Shown here piece by piece: positions 12,798-23,899 of a stretch of 64,000 nucleotides of DNA. The position numbers and the translations under genes are program-made. The notes under the pieces were generated by a model. It searched no databases, was not told the DNA's origin, and worked only from the letters and a program-made list of their open reading frames with translations. Source of the stretch: Camelus ferus (taxonomy: Eukaryota); NCBI RefSeq assembly GCF_009834535.1, contig NC_045696.1, forward strand, positions 103,976,001-104,040,000, in the 5' to 3' direction. Each line of letters begins with the position of its first letter. Positions within the stretch are counted from its first letter, which is position 1.

Positions 12798-12828
12798 TGT
12801 GGTGCCCACATTCACCACCAGGGGGCAG
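12798..12828 (+). promoter_or_regulatory. CTCF motif with upstream module (candidate)
   Basis: Core CCACCAGGGGGCAG at 12815-12828, preceded by TGTGGTGCC (12798-12806) at upstream-motif spacing. Confidence 0.75.
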
Positions 12829-13779
12829 GCGAGGGAAGAAAATGGCACATAGGGCCACATAAGGGGCGGCTTAGCCCCTAGATCATAGAATCCCTTTTGT
12901 CAAATGACTAGTGAACCCCATTATCGTAGGGCTGGGGAAGGCCACAGGAGCTCATTAATTATTTTAGTTCTTCTAAACATTACAAGTTTAAAAATGTGTT
13001 ACTGAAATCTTCCTTATGTTTAACTGAAACACTATAGCCTAAGCAAAACTTGAATCTTTTTTGTTAACTTAAAGGCATCCACATGGTTGGTAGACAGCAC
13101 GGAATCCCATCTCTGCAACTTCCTGGCTTGGGAAACAAAGAGAACCACCATTAATTGTCTCCTGTACATGCTTTACTCATTTAATCTTTACATCTTTGAG
13201 GGGTCTCGAGAGGTAATTTGCCCAAGTATACACAGCAGAGGCAGGATTTCAACCCAAATTGATTCAATTTCAGAGTTTCTTAACCTCTCTGAGCCTCTGT
13301 CCTCTCATCTTTTAAAGGGGCGTAATTATAATAATACTTATCTCAGTGTTGAATAAGATAATGTACGTGAAGTGCTTGAAAGAGGGCAAAGATGTGGAGA
13401 GCTAAGTGGGTGAAGTAAAAGATGCAAGTTACCTGAGGTCTGTCCCATGGAGAATTCTAAACCAGGCCTCCAAGCACAGTCTCCCTTCTGCGGCATGAAG
13501 AGCATTATAAATTTTCATATCTGATCTACACAGAGAAACTGAGATCAAAAAGGGATGAGATCTGACTGAATGCTGTGAACTGGCTAGTGGGCCATTAATT
13601 CTCATTGATTCACTACACTTGACAAACATTTATTGAATACATCTCATGTGTCAGGCCTATGCCAGACACTGGAATACAGGGGTGATTAAGATACTGCCCC
13701 AACCTTCAGGTATTCACATTCTAGGGAAATCAGGACTGTGCTTGCATCCCCCCTGCAGTCTGTGATGTCACCTCACCCA

Positions 13780-13960
13780 TACATCCATTCATAGACTCAC
13801 CCACTGATTCAGCCATTCATCCACTCACCTCTCCATCCACCCACCAATCTATCCATCCATCTACCTATCTACCTACACAGTCATCCACCCATCTCTCCAC
13901 CCACCTGTCTATCCATCCATCCATCCATGGATGTACCCACTTATCTGTACATCCATCCAA
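13780..13960. repeat. Degenerate (TCCA)n microsatellite
   Basis: Repeated atccatcc/ccacc units. Confidence 0.85.
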
Positions 13961-14629
13961 ACAATTGTTTAGACATTCCTTCCTCTGGCTGAAGTCCCTC
14001 TTTTTAGTGCTCCCACAGTCACTGGAATTCCTTTATCACATCACTGATCACTATCGTAATGCTCCATTCTCTTGCCTGTACTCCCTCTAAACAGCGAGTT
14101 TCCTGAGTATAGGAAACTGGGGCACATGAGACACTCCATAAACTCTTATTAATAAAGCAGTGGTGCCCAGAGTGGGAGCTGGACACTCAGGGTTTGTCTA
14201 AGATGATCCACTGGAATGTAGGAGGACCATTTTAGAACCTCTGTTTGCATTTCATTTTTAATTCAATAACAAGAGCATAGTTAATCATCTTCTGATATTT
14301 GATATCCAGGCTGACAGTGGTGCCGCGGGTGTACTGGATAGTCTGGCATCACTCCTAGTAGGTGAGGCAGCCTGAGAGGAGGATGGGAGTTCCCTGTGGA
14401 TGGACTGCCGAGACTCCCTTTCTTATTCCCTGGCTTTCAAGCAATTGCAGATGCAGCCATTCTTCAACTGTGGTATTACTGGTGTTATAAAGGCGAGATT
14501 TTCAAATATCAAAATCTGTGTGTGACTTTGTAACATGATATTGAGTGACTAAAATTTTTGAGTTAGTTGAATCTGTTTGCTATCACCCTCTGAACTGAAT
14601 ATCAAATGGCAAAGCTGAGTTTTCTATTT

Positions 14630-15760
14630 AGCAAAACAAAGGGATAAACCAAGAAAGAAGACACAGGATTTAGGACACGGGGGATCCCCCACAGCACCGC
14701 AGGGCAGGGGATGTCAGAATGGCTGCTGGGCAGCGGGTCCAGAAAGCAGCCAGTGCAGATGGAGCTGATGGCTGGAGGACTCAGGAGGAAATGACTCGTT
14801 GGCAGGCCTGATGTTTAGCCAGGATGTGCCAGTTTAAGAACTTTTGAATTGGTAATTAAATAGCAGCTAACATGAGCCACCGTTCTTCCACTGCCCAGCC
14901 TCTTCCTGGCAGCTGGACCTCACCACGATCCAGATCTTAGGAGTTAATGCCTGGCACAACAGGGGACTTCCAGCACCTGCCCCAGGCCTTGGTGGCTAGT
15001 GATTTGTCCATTCGGATTGCTCCCTGCTAAGACTCATCCCTATATATTGAATTAAATAGGGTTGGTTTGTGATTAAATCTTTTCAGCATAATTCTCTGCT
15101 CATCAGAATATCTCATATGAAGGAATAATTGAAAACAAAAGTGAGGATATGATAAGAGAATGGTACAAAGAAAAGAAAGGCAGACAGAAACTCCAGGACA
15201 AATAAAAGGCTGGCAAGAAAGACAGTGTGCTCACGGTATGTCACAGGGGCTGGCTCAGCCACCATCAGCACTGGCCTAATCATAATCATGTAAACGCTGC
15301 TTCCCAATTTTCAATTTTTAGGCTCGGCCTGTAAACAAAGAACAGAAACCTAATTGATAGTTGTGGAACAGAACATCAATCTTGAAAAAATAAAATACAG
15401 CTTACCAGGGTTGGGAAGAAAGAATAGAGAGGGAAATTAATATCTTCATCTCATCAGGGGAGAGTCAAAAGACACTGTGGAAGGACGGTAGGCCTGGAAG
15501 TAGAAATATAAAGGTGGTATTTATACTTACAAAGTCATCCAAACCAGAACTGTACATGATTGTCTGACTCAGGAAGCTAACAGGCAATGTCCCAAACTGA
15601 TCATTCTAGAAAGCATATTAAAATTATATTGCCTCAAGATACAGAGCAGCTGGCATTGTTCAGGGTAACCCGCTGGGAGCCTGAGGGGAAGGTGGCCGCG
15701 GCCCTTCCCTTACAAGTTCCTCTGTGCTTCTTGGCTCTTTAACTAAGCACATGCACGTGC
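14630..15760 (+). mobile_element. Highly decayed L1ME/HAL1-type fragments
   Basis: aaacaaagggataaaccaagaaagaagacacagga...cagaaagcagccagtgcagatggagc and aatatcttcatctcatcaggggagagtcaaaagacac resemble post-ORF1 regions of old L1/HAL1. Confidence 0.5.
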
Positions 15761-16526
15761 TGAAAACTGCAAAGCAGCAAAAGGAGCTTTTTTGTGATTA
15801 AAATGTGCGAGGTGGGGGCTGTTTGACAACACTCTGTCCCATGGCAGTTTCTGAAATCTAAAATTTATTGACAGCTTTGCTGGGGAATCTGTTGCCATTC
15901 AGACTCCCCCCAAAGAACCTGAGCCTCTCTGCCCTGCTGGGTCTCATCAATGAGGCCTGAGAGAGGTGACCAGGCGGGTCCCAGGTCAGAGGGGATGGAG
16001 GGCTCTTCTCTGGGTGGGGTGTGGCAGGGAAGGAACCAGACCAGATCCCAGATGGCAGGAGGCTGGTGATCCAGGGCCCCCCCCCCAACCTCCTGCACAC
16101 TCCATAACTGGGATGGAGGACAAAGGAAGGGTTAGGGAGAAGTCATTCTTGCCCAGTGAACAGAGGCTCAGGGCTGCTTGCCTGCTGGTCCAGCTGCCTC
16201 TGGGCCATTCTTCAGCCCAGCATTCCTCCCTGGGGACAGATGGGGGCAGTAGTGAGCCGCCAGACACATGCACAGGTGGGATGAGGACAGTCCATCTACA
16301 GGTGGGAGGAAGGGATCCAGGAAGGGAGGCTGGTCCTCCCCTCCCCAACCCCCTCACCTGAAGAGCCAAGGGCACCGGTCTGCAAGGCACCCTCCTGCCC
16401 CTCCTACTCCCCTTTCTGCCCGCCCCAGATTCCTCCCACCTTGCACAGGGCCCCTGATTGCATAATAACACCCCCCCCCCCCATCAACCCCCGACTCTCA
16501 GAGTCCTGCTCCTAGTTGACCCGGAT

Positions 16527-16692
16527 CCCTGCTACTCAGAAGGTGGTTCCTGGACCAGCAGCACAGGAATCACCCGGGGGCTTATTGGAAATGCAGAGTC
16601 TTGGTCTCCACTGCAGACCTCCTGCATCAGAATGTGCTTTTTAAGAAAACTTCCAAGTGAATCACATGTCTATTGAAGTCTGAGAAGCAATG
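16527..16692 (+). mobile_element. MER5A-like hAT-Charlie MITE
   Basis: gctactcagaaggtggttcctggaccagcagcacaggaatcacc...ggaaatgcagagtctt...tgaagtctgagaagcaatg. Confidence 0.85.
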
Positions 16693-16744
16693 AGTTCGAA
16701 TACACCACCTGATAAATCACCTTGTCCAATGCTACTCGCCCACG

Positions 16745-16960
16745 TTCAAAAGGCCTTCCTATGGTCCAGGCTCGGGGCCAAGACTTTGCATGTCTTAACT
16801 TATTTAACTTTTACACAACTTCACAAAATAAGGATTCTGTCGAACCCACTTTCCAGATGAAGAAGCTAGAGTCTGGAGAGATCAAGCAACTTGCCTAAGG
16901 GCACATAGCAAAGAGCAGTACTGGGATTTGAAGTCAGGCAGTCTGGCTCCAGAAAACTCT
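16745..16960 (-). mobile_element. MIR SINE
   Basis: cccactttccagatgaagaagctagag...caacttgcctaagggcacatagc...gggatttgaagtcaggcagtctggctccaga. Confidence 0.85.
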
Positions 16961-18899
16961 TAGGTCTCCGAATGGAGGTTAGCTGCTGCTGTATCCATCC
17001 TGAGAGGCTCTGTGCCTACTCTAAAAAAAGTCTCAGAGAAGCATTAGCAGCAGAGGCTGCCCAGGAGCTGCGAAGCACTGCGGACAAAGTGGGAAGGAAC
17101 TTGGGTGGGAGAACCGCTTTTTAAGAGGGTGACTTTGGGCGAGTCACTTAGCCTCATCTTCAGAGCGAGAATGATCATTGACAGTTTCTGCTGTGGGAGG
17201 GTGGGCGATGGGGGTGGGGTATTTGATTATTCAGTGAGAAGTTGTGCAAATCCCTTTATAAACAATCTTCAGGCCAGTGCCAGGTCCTTGGGGATGGAGA
17301 GAAGGGCGATGATTCCCTGCATCTGAGAGTTCAGAGCCCTAGGGGGTGAGGGGGTGGAGGGGACTGATAGATCAGCCCTTTTACAGCTTACAACAACATG
17401 GGCGGTGAGTCTTACTACAGGGAAGCGCGGGGAACCATGGGGCCAGAGGAGAGATGTGAGATCTGCTCGGAGCAAGAGGAAATGCTGCCCTCAGCGAGGT
17501 GCCTCCTGGGTTGAATTCTAAAGAAGTCAGGCTGGTGGAGAAAGGTCATCTGGAGGAAGGGAGCAACACACAGCCGGGCTGGAACCTGCACACGGCACTG
17601 CCCAGTAGCCAGAGGGCAGGAGGGTCCAGGGAAGGCAGTTCCCGCAGCACAGAGCTGGTCAGGAGAAGGCTGGGATGGGTCAGAGAGCATACTGGCAGTT
17701 TCCTTGCCTCTTCTAGACCGATTGCCCCAGGCCCTCCCCGACCACAGGCTTCCCTCCAGACTTCATCATCTCGTGTCTGGGCTTCCAGGCTCTCTCTGCC
17801 TTCTGACTAAGGCTTCTGCTTTTATCACTGGCACACAATTGCTCTCCCCTCTCCCTGCTGTTGGGTTTGGAGACCCTATTTTGCGGGCTAGTACCTCAGA
17901 CTCCACGGTTCTGCTTTCCAGCATCCTACTCGGCTTTACTCTTACTTGAGAACATGGTCCCCTGAGGGCTGCCATTAGCCACAGGGTGGTTTTGTGCCTC
18001 TTCCTCCAGGCAGACACAGATCTGTGCCAAGGTTCACAGATAAGCATGTGAGTGCTGACTGGACTTCAGCCCCACTGGCCTCTCAGTTGGAGATTTTGTG
18101 CAGTGTTCAAACTGCACAACCAGACACGACGATCCTGGTGCTTAAGAAAGCCTACCCAACTTTGTGCTCAGACTGGGGGGTACCTTGAGAACAAAGACAC
18201 TATTATACTCATCTCTGACAGCTCAGTGTCCAGGAACAGGACCTGGCACTCAGTAGGATGAGTGGATGGCCTTATACCCATGTCCTCCACTTCAATTGCC
18301 AAAGCAAGGGCAGGAGCCACACCACACAGCCCGTCTGATGGTACCAGGGCTACACCTTCAGTCTCTCGCTCTCCTCAGCTTGGGCTCTAGGGCACCTCAT
18401 TTCTGCCCCTGCAGGACCCAGCCTAGGTAAAGTACCTGAGGCTGGAGGTGGAAGTGAGGCTTTCCAGACCTTCTACCCAAAAGAAGACCTGCTCCCCACA
18501 GCCAAGGAGGGGTAAGGGACAGGCACTGCCAACCAGGGTGGGGAGATATTAGATTTACAACAAGAGCAAATAATGAATAATTCAAAGCTGCATTTCAGGG
18601 CCAGACCCTGTGGTTCAGGTCTCCCAGACTCCACCAGTAAGCATATCCACTGAGCTCCTGCCTGGGGCCCCTGGGAGTCTGGGGTGAGCCTGACCCATCT
18701 GCTACAAGCTCCAGGGCTCTTTGAGATTACATGTTTCATCTTAAAAATTCAAGAGAATTTTGCACTCTACTTCTGGGCTTGTTTTAACGTAACATTGTGT
18801 GTTAAACTACTTTCCATGAGTAAAGTAGGAGCTGCAGAAAGATGCCTGAACTTCCCTGTGACTCCACATTCTGCCAGCACAGTCTTGGAGTGGAGATAG

Positions 18900-19393
18900 C
18901 CCTTCTGTTGTTTTTCCTGCCTTGCCTCCATCTCTTTCTGGTGACTGTGCCTCGGTTTTCCCTTTGGGAGAACCATCCCTCCCCATTCTCTGTCTACAGT
19001 CAGACTCTGCCCTCTGTTCCCATGGAGGAAATCAGGTTATGTTCCTCTGAGCCCAGGGGTTGCTCCAGGAGTGAACATGTAGCCCAAGCTGAACCAATGA
19101 GCATCAGCTTCAGGACTTCTGCTGCTACTACTGGGACAGAGAAGGCCTGTTACTGCTGGTATGGCTAAACTGCTAAAAGATAGCCTAGAAGCTCTGGGGC
19201 CACCTAGTAGAGAAAATCTGCCTGGGAATGAATCAATACAAAGGGCAGCAGAGTTGAAGCATGGAAAGAGGCAAAGTCCCGATGGGCCATGTAAGCTCCT
19301 TGATCTAGCTATACCTGAAGCCATAAAATTTTTTTTTGTTAAATTGGTTTGCATTAGGTTTCTTTCACTTGTAACCAACAGAGTTCTAAATAA
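18900..19393 (+). mobile_element. MaLR LTR (MLT1K-like)
   Basis: aacatgtagcccaagctgaaccaatgag...tgatctagctatacctgaagcc...attaggtttctttcacttgtaaccaacagagttctaaataa. Confidence 0.75.
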
Positions 19394-19939
19394 TTCAACC
19401 AGTGGACACATGCCCCAGTTTGGAGGCCCAGGCTTACTGGAAAGAATTTCAGAGCTTTTGGCCTGAGAGCCAGAAGACTGATTTGGGTCCCAGCTTTCCC
19501 ACAAACTTGCTATGTGATTTTTCAAGGGTTGGATTAGGTCATCTCCAGGGTTTCTTCCAACTCTAACATCTTCTGCCTAAAAGTCTTGTAGAAAGTTAAT
19601 GAAAGGCAAATTTACCCTAGACTTGGGGTGGATTCCTGGGCTGCAAATCTGGAGATTCTGACACTGTGTCTAGGTGGGGTTTAGAAATCAGGATTTTTAA
19701 TACCACGTCCAGGTAGTTTTGATATGTAGCCAGGTTTGGAAACCACTCAGATTCTTAAATTCTTTTTCCCAAGGCAGCCGTTAAAAATTCATCGAATAAG
19801 AATTTCCTGAGCACCTACTGTGTCAGTGTCAGGTGTCAGTGACACCTTCTTCTGACAATGGCCTTCTTGTTGGGTGGGGAGGGTGACCTCCATCCTCACG
19901 CTGGACTCTGTAAAATCCCGAAGCTGGCTCTGAGAAAGA

Positions 19940-20375
19940 ACACACATTACTGGCAACACACTTCCTCAGTCATTCAATTGCTTCATAAATGGCGTTTAAA
20001 ATTTTATTGATGAATAAGCTATTCACTGTCCACTTGGTTCACTTATAAACAGCAAGAGGTGAACGTGTGCATTTATGTCGCTGTGGCCGTTGACGTCTCA
20101 TTTAAAACCTTAACAAGACGCTGCCATGGCAACTGTAACTCCCACATTACTCGAATTCAAATGGCTTATTATCAAAATAAACATTGATTCTATTCAGGTA
20201 TGCAATATTAGTGTCATATTTTATACATGGTTACTTGGAGCATAGTTCAGCTCGGGGCCAACACCATATTGAATTATTTAAAACCATTTCTCCCCGGGTT
20301 ATTAAAAAGTTCAGTAAAATATATATTAGTGCATAAAATTTTAATGCCTAGTTCACATTGCAGTGTTTGCAAGCT
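19940..20375. promoter_or_regulatory. Candidate conserved non-coding element/enhancer
   Basis: AT-rich block with no repeat I recognise. Contains RFX X-box GCTGCCATGGCAAC (20120-20133), CRE-like TGACGTCT (20091-20098) and homeodomain-type TCATAAA/TTTTATTG/CATAAAA sites. Conservation is inferred, not tested. Confidence 0.5.
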
Positions 20376-21549
20376 CTTGGTCTTTAGAAGAAGGGAGCCG
20401 GGGAAGGCACGCTCCAAACAGACTGTGTCTTTGAGAAGTTGCTCCCCGCCCAACCGAGCACAGCCTGCGCTTTGTCTCAGCAGAGACTTCCAACCCCTCC
20501 AGGCTCTCTGAGACAAGTTACAGGCGAGGAGGCCAGAATAAGTGACAGCCACCAATAGTGTTCCTGGGAGGCTTCTGGGTCCCCAGTCTCAGTGACTTTG
20601 AGCCTTGCTGACTTGACTATAGAGACCAACAATTCTCTCTACTCTGTGTGACCCCCTAGGACCCCTGAGTCACTCAGGTGGGCGATGGATCAGGTGTTCC
20701 CTGCCCTGTTGCCTCCCTGTTTCGTGAATGTTCATTTTAACTTCTCTGAGCTGCACCATCCCTAGAAGGGCTGTGTGGGGCTGGAGCACATGGTTTTAAA
20801 AAGCTGAGCCAAACCCATGTGTGGGAGCAGGGGCATGTGTGTTAGCTCTGTACCATCCTCTCAATTTTGCTATGAACCTAAAACTGCTCTAACAAAAGAG
20901 TATTTTTTTAAAAAATTGAGTTTGAGTTTGCTATGTTTAAATTCTAGTTAAAATTTCTAATAAAGTAAGAAAAAAAAAAGTTCAGCTAAGGCCAAGAAGC
21001 CCTGCCTTGGTTCTGTCCAATGTGGAGTCTGCTACTGCCACCGTCCCCTCCGAGCTGCCCAGAGCCCTGGGTCAGGGCTGGCCAATGTCTGGTCCCACCA
21101 AGGTTGGACAGGGCCCCCTTCTGCTGGAGCAAGGTACTGTATTCCTCTGAGCCTCAGTTTCTCCAAGAAATCCTGGAGGCAGTAACTGTACGACACAGAC
21201 CAGACAAGGTACTCCCTCCTTGTTCCCACCCACCAAATGGTAACATTCTTTTCCTGAGGTCTGGGTCACCTGCACCTTCTTGTTTTTCTTCTTTATCCCC
21301 CCGCTGACCATGGATCAGGCTGGACGTTCACTGGATGTTCAATAGGGAAATGTTCTATGGCAGGAAGATGTATTGGTTGTTCATTTCTCAGATCCTTTTT
21401 GCAGGAGGAGACTCTCAGAAGGAGGGAAAGGTAATTTTTCTCTCTCCTCTTGCCTCTCTGAACAGACCAGGGCAGACGGTGTCTGGACTCGTTTGACTCC
21501 GGAGATGTCAATGCTTTGGGTTTCAGAGCCCAGAATGGAAGCTACCAGG

Positions 21550-21850
21550 AGCCTTAGGTCAGGATCCCTGAAAGCAGACCCCAAGACAAGGATTTGGGAC
21601 AATCTGGGAGGTGAACCCAGGAGTCACAAGCAGGGGAGTGGAGAGGTGGGAGCAGGAGGGAAACCAGCTTGCCACTCTACATGGATGCCTGAGCGACTGT
21701 GGGAAACACACCTCTGCCTTGTCCCACCCCAGGGGCCAGGAGCTGGCGTATTTATCACCAAGTGCTATTCATCATTGGTTGAAGTTGCCTCTAGGGAGTT
21801 AGCTTCTGGGCACTTCTGGCCTGCACCCTGGGCCCCGTGAGCTCTCAAGT
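21550..21850 (-). mobile_element. ERVL LTR (LTR16/LTR33-like)
   Basis: ccttaggtcaggatccctgaaagcagaccccaagacaaggattt...gggaggtgaacccagga...ggagctggcgtatttatcacca. Confidence 0.65.
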
Positions 21851-22168
21851 TGGAAGCGGAACACCTACAGTGACAGCCTCGCCTGACATCCAGAAGCAGC
21901 TCCACACGGACGGGGTTAAGCCTTGCTCTCCCGGAGGGGGACCGGCAGAGGCTGGAGCTTGGGGGGTGTGGGTGACTTCAGGGGATGGAGGGGAGGCAGG
22001 TGGTGACAAGTGCCTGTCAGGTGAGCATGACACCTCACTTCCATGCCGGGGCCTCTGAGGGAAGGCATACAGATGTCAGGGACTGGACCCTAAGGGGTGT
22101 GACACTGCGGTGCAGCAGTGAACAAATGCTGTGCCCATGCTAGGCAGGAGGCGGTGACACCACTCATT

Positions 22169-22688
22169 TGTGAATGAAAAATGTTGCCTGTCATATCAGT
22201 AAACAAAGGATGTTACAGCCATCAAGCCACCTCAGCCAGGCCACCCCGACCATGAGCCCTGAGGGAACTCAGGATGGAAACAAACAGGATGCCCACTGTC
22301 AAGCCCTGAGCCACTGCAGCCACCCTCAGTGGTGCAACCTGAGGGGACTCAGGATGGGAAAGAACAGGACACTGGCCCTAGATAGATGGCAAAGGTGCAG
22401 AGTGAAGGAATGATTTCAGCGAGCCCAGACTCTTGCATCTCTTCCCATACACAGAAAAATGCTAAATTCCTTAACCTGAGATATCTGGTTTTCTTTAATT
22501 AACAGTAATCTTTTGGTGTTACGACTACCTGGTCTTTGTTGCAAAAATTCCTATATATCCTGGCTCCTCCCGTACCTCTTCGGAGCAGTTCCTCGGAGCT
22601 GTTTGGAGAGGCTTGAAGTTGTAAGGAAGTCCGCCAAAGAAAGTGTAATTCTCAGCTTTTAGGTTGCGCATGCTTTTTTCAGTTGACA
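22169..22688 (+). mobile_element. Intact ERV1-class solo LTR (~520 bp)
   Basis: TG...CA termini with imperfect inverted ends (tgtgaatgaaaaa / ttttttcagttgaca). 4-bp TSD CATT at 22165-22168 and 22689-22692. TATA-like cctatatatcc at ~22549. Confidence 0.88.
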
Positions 22689-22917
22689 CATTTTAAATGG
22701 ACAACATGGGCGATGGGACTGTCTCAGTGGTGGCCATGATGACCTGAAGACTGAGATGCTTCCTCAAGTTTTCAGGCCTGTGCAAATCCCACTGGCTTCT
22801 TGGGTGACCCTGGGGAAGAGAGGGTATCCCCAGTAATGAATTCTGTTGGGCATCTCCCTGTCCTGGTAAGTGGGGGCTGAGAGCCAGGTTGAACTTGAAT
22901 TAAGAAAAAAGAAAGTA

Positions 22918-23255
22918 CAGTTGTCCCTTGGTATCTGACGTGAGTGGAGGGGATTGGTTCCAGGGCCCTCTAGAGATAACAAAATCTAGGGGTGCTCAAG
23001 TCCCTTATATAAAATGGTGTAGTATTTGCATATAGTCTACTGCACATCTTCCCATACACTTTAAATCATCTCTAGATTACTTATACTACCTAATACAATG
23101 TAAATGCTATGTAAATAGTTGTAAGTACAATGTAAATACTATGTAAATAATTGCTAGCACGAAGCATATTCAAGTGTTGCTTTTTGGAACTTTCTGGAAT
23201 ATTTTTCTGAATGTTTTCTATCCCTGGTTGGTTGAATCTGTGGCTTTGTGGACTG
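22918..23255 (+). mobile_element. MER2-type TcMar-Tigger MITE
   Basis: TA|CAGTTGTCCC...GGACTG|TA ends. Internal gctcaagtcccttatataaaatggtgtagtatttgcatat...aaatcatctctagattacttat matches recalled MER2. Confidence 0.9.
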
Positions 23256-23899
23256 TAATGTGGGGTTTATTGTTCCTGCGCGTTATGGAGCAAAGGCAAG
23301 CCTATTTCAGCGGCTGGAGTAACCCAGGTTTGAAATCAGACAGAAGGCAAGCCTGAAGGATGAGCCCTTGCATTGAAAGCCTCTGTCTATGAAAGAAGGT
23401 GTGTGGCTATTTATTGATTGTCTACTACGAGCTAAAAACTGAGGGAAGAGTATCCCGTGTTCATCTTTCCATCTTGTCAGGAACTAGGTTCCAAATATCT
23501 CTGCAAATTTCTGCAGGCTTCTGACTTTCCTCCGACCTGCAGAAATCATGGAATGGTCTGTCTTCAGGAAAGAGAGGTCTCCCCGGCAGCCATGAGCCCT
23601 TTGAACTTCCGTTCAGGTTTCAATTCATTGGCATCAAACTGTTAAAGTCCATTTATTCATTTTACCAGCCAGCTCATGGCACATTCCGCTTCACACAGAG
23701 GGGAGAATGGGCTGTCTTTCTGGAACATTCCAAAGCGTACTTGAATGATGGTGATCTTACAACATTCAGAGAGGGATATGACCCACCACAGATGGAAGAA
23801 GCCTCAAGATGTCCAAAGGAACAAACAAAGGAAAGGAAGGAAGACAGCAATGGTATTTGCTACCAGAGGGTCAGTGTGAAAATCTTCAGTCCTAATTCA

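Noticed and set aside
17195..17220. G-run clusters (possible G-quadruplex; also ~12052-12067)
   Set aside because: Common in mammalian DNA of this GC content, with no context suggesting function.
23092..23155. ~32-bp tandem duplication (tacaatgtaaatgctatgtaaata...)
   Set aside because: Internal to the MER2 element with only two units; not a CRISPR-like or functional array.
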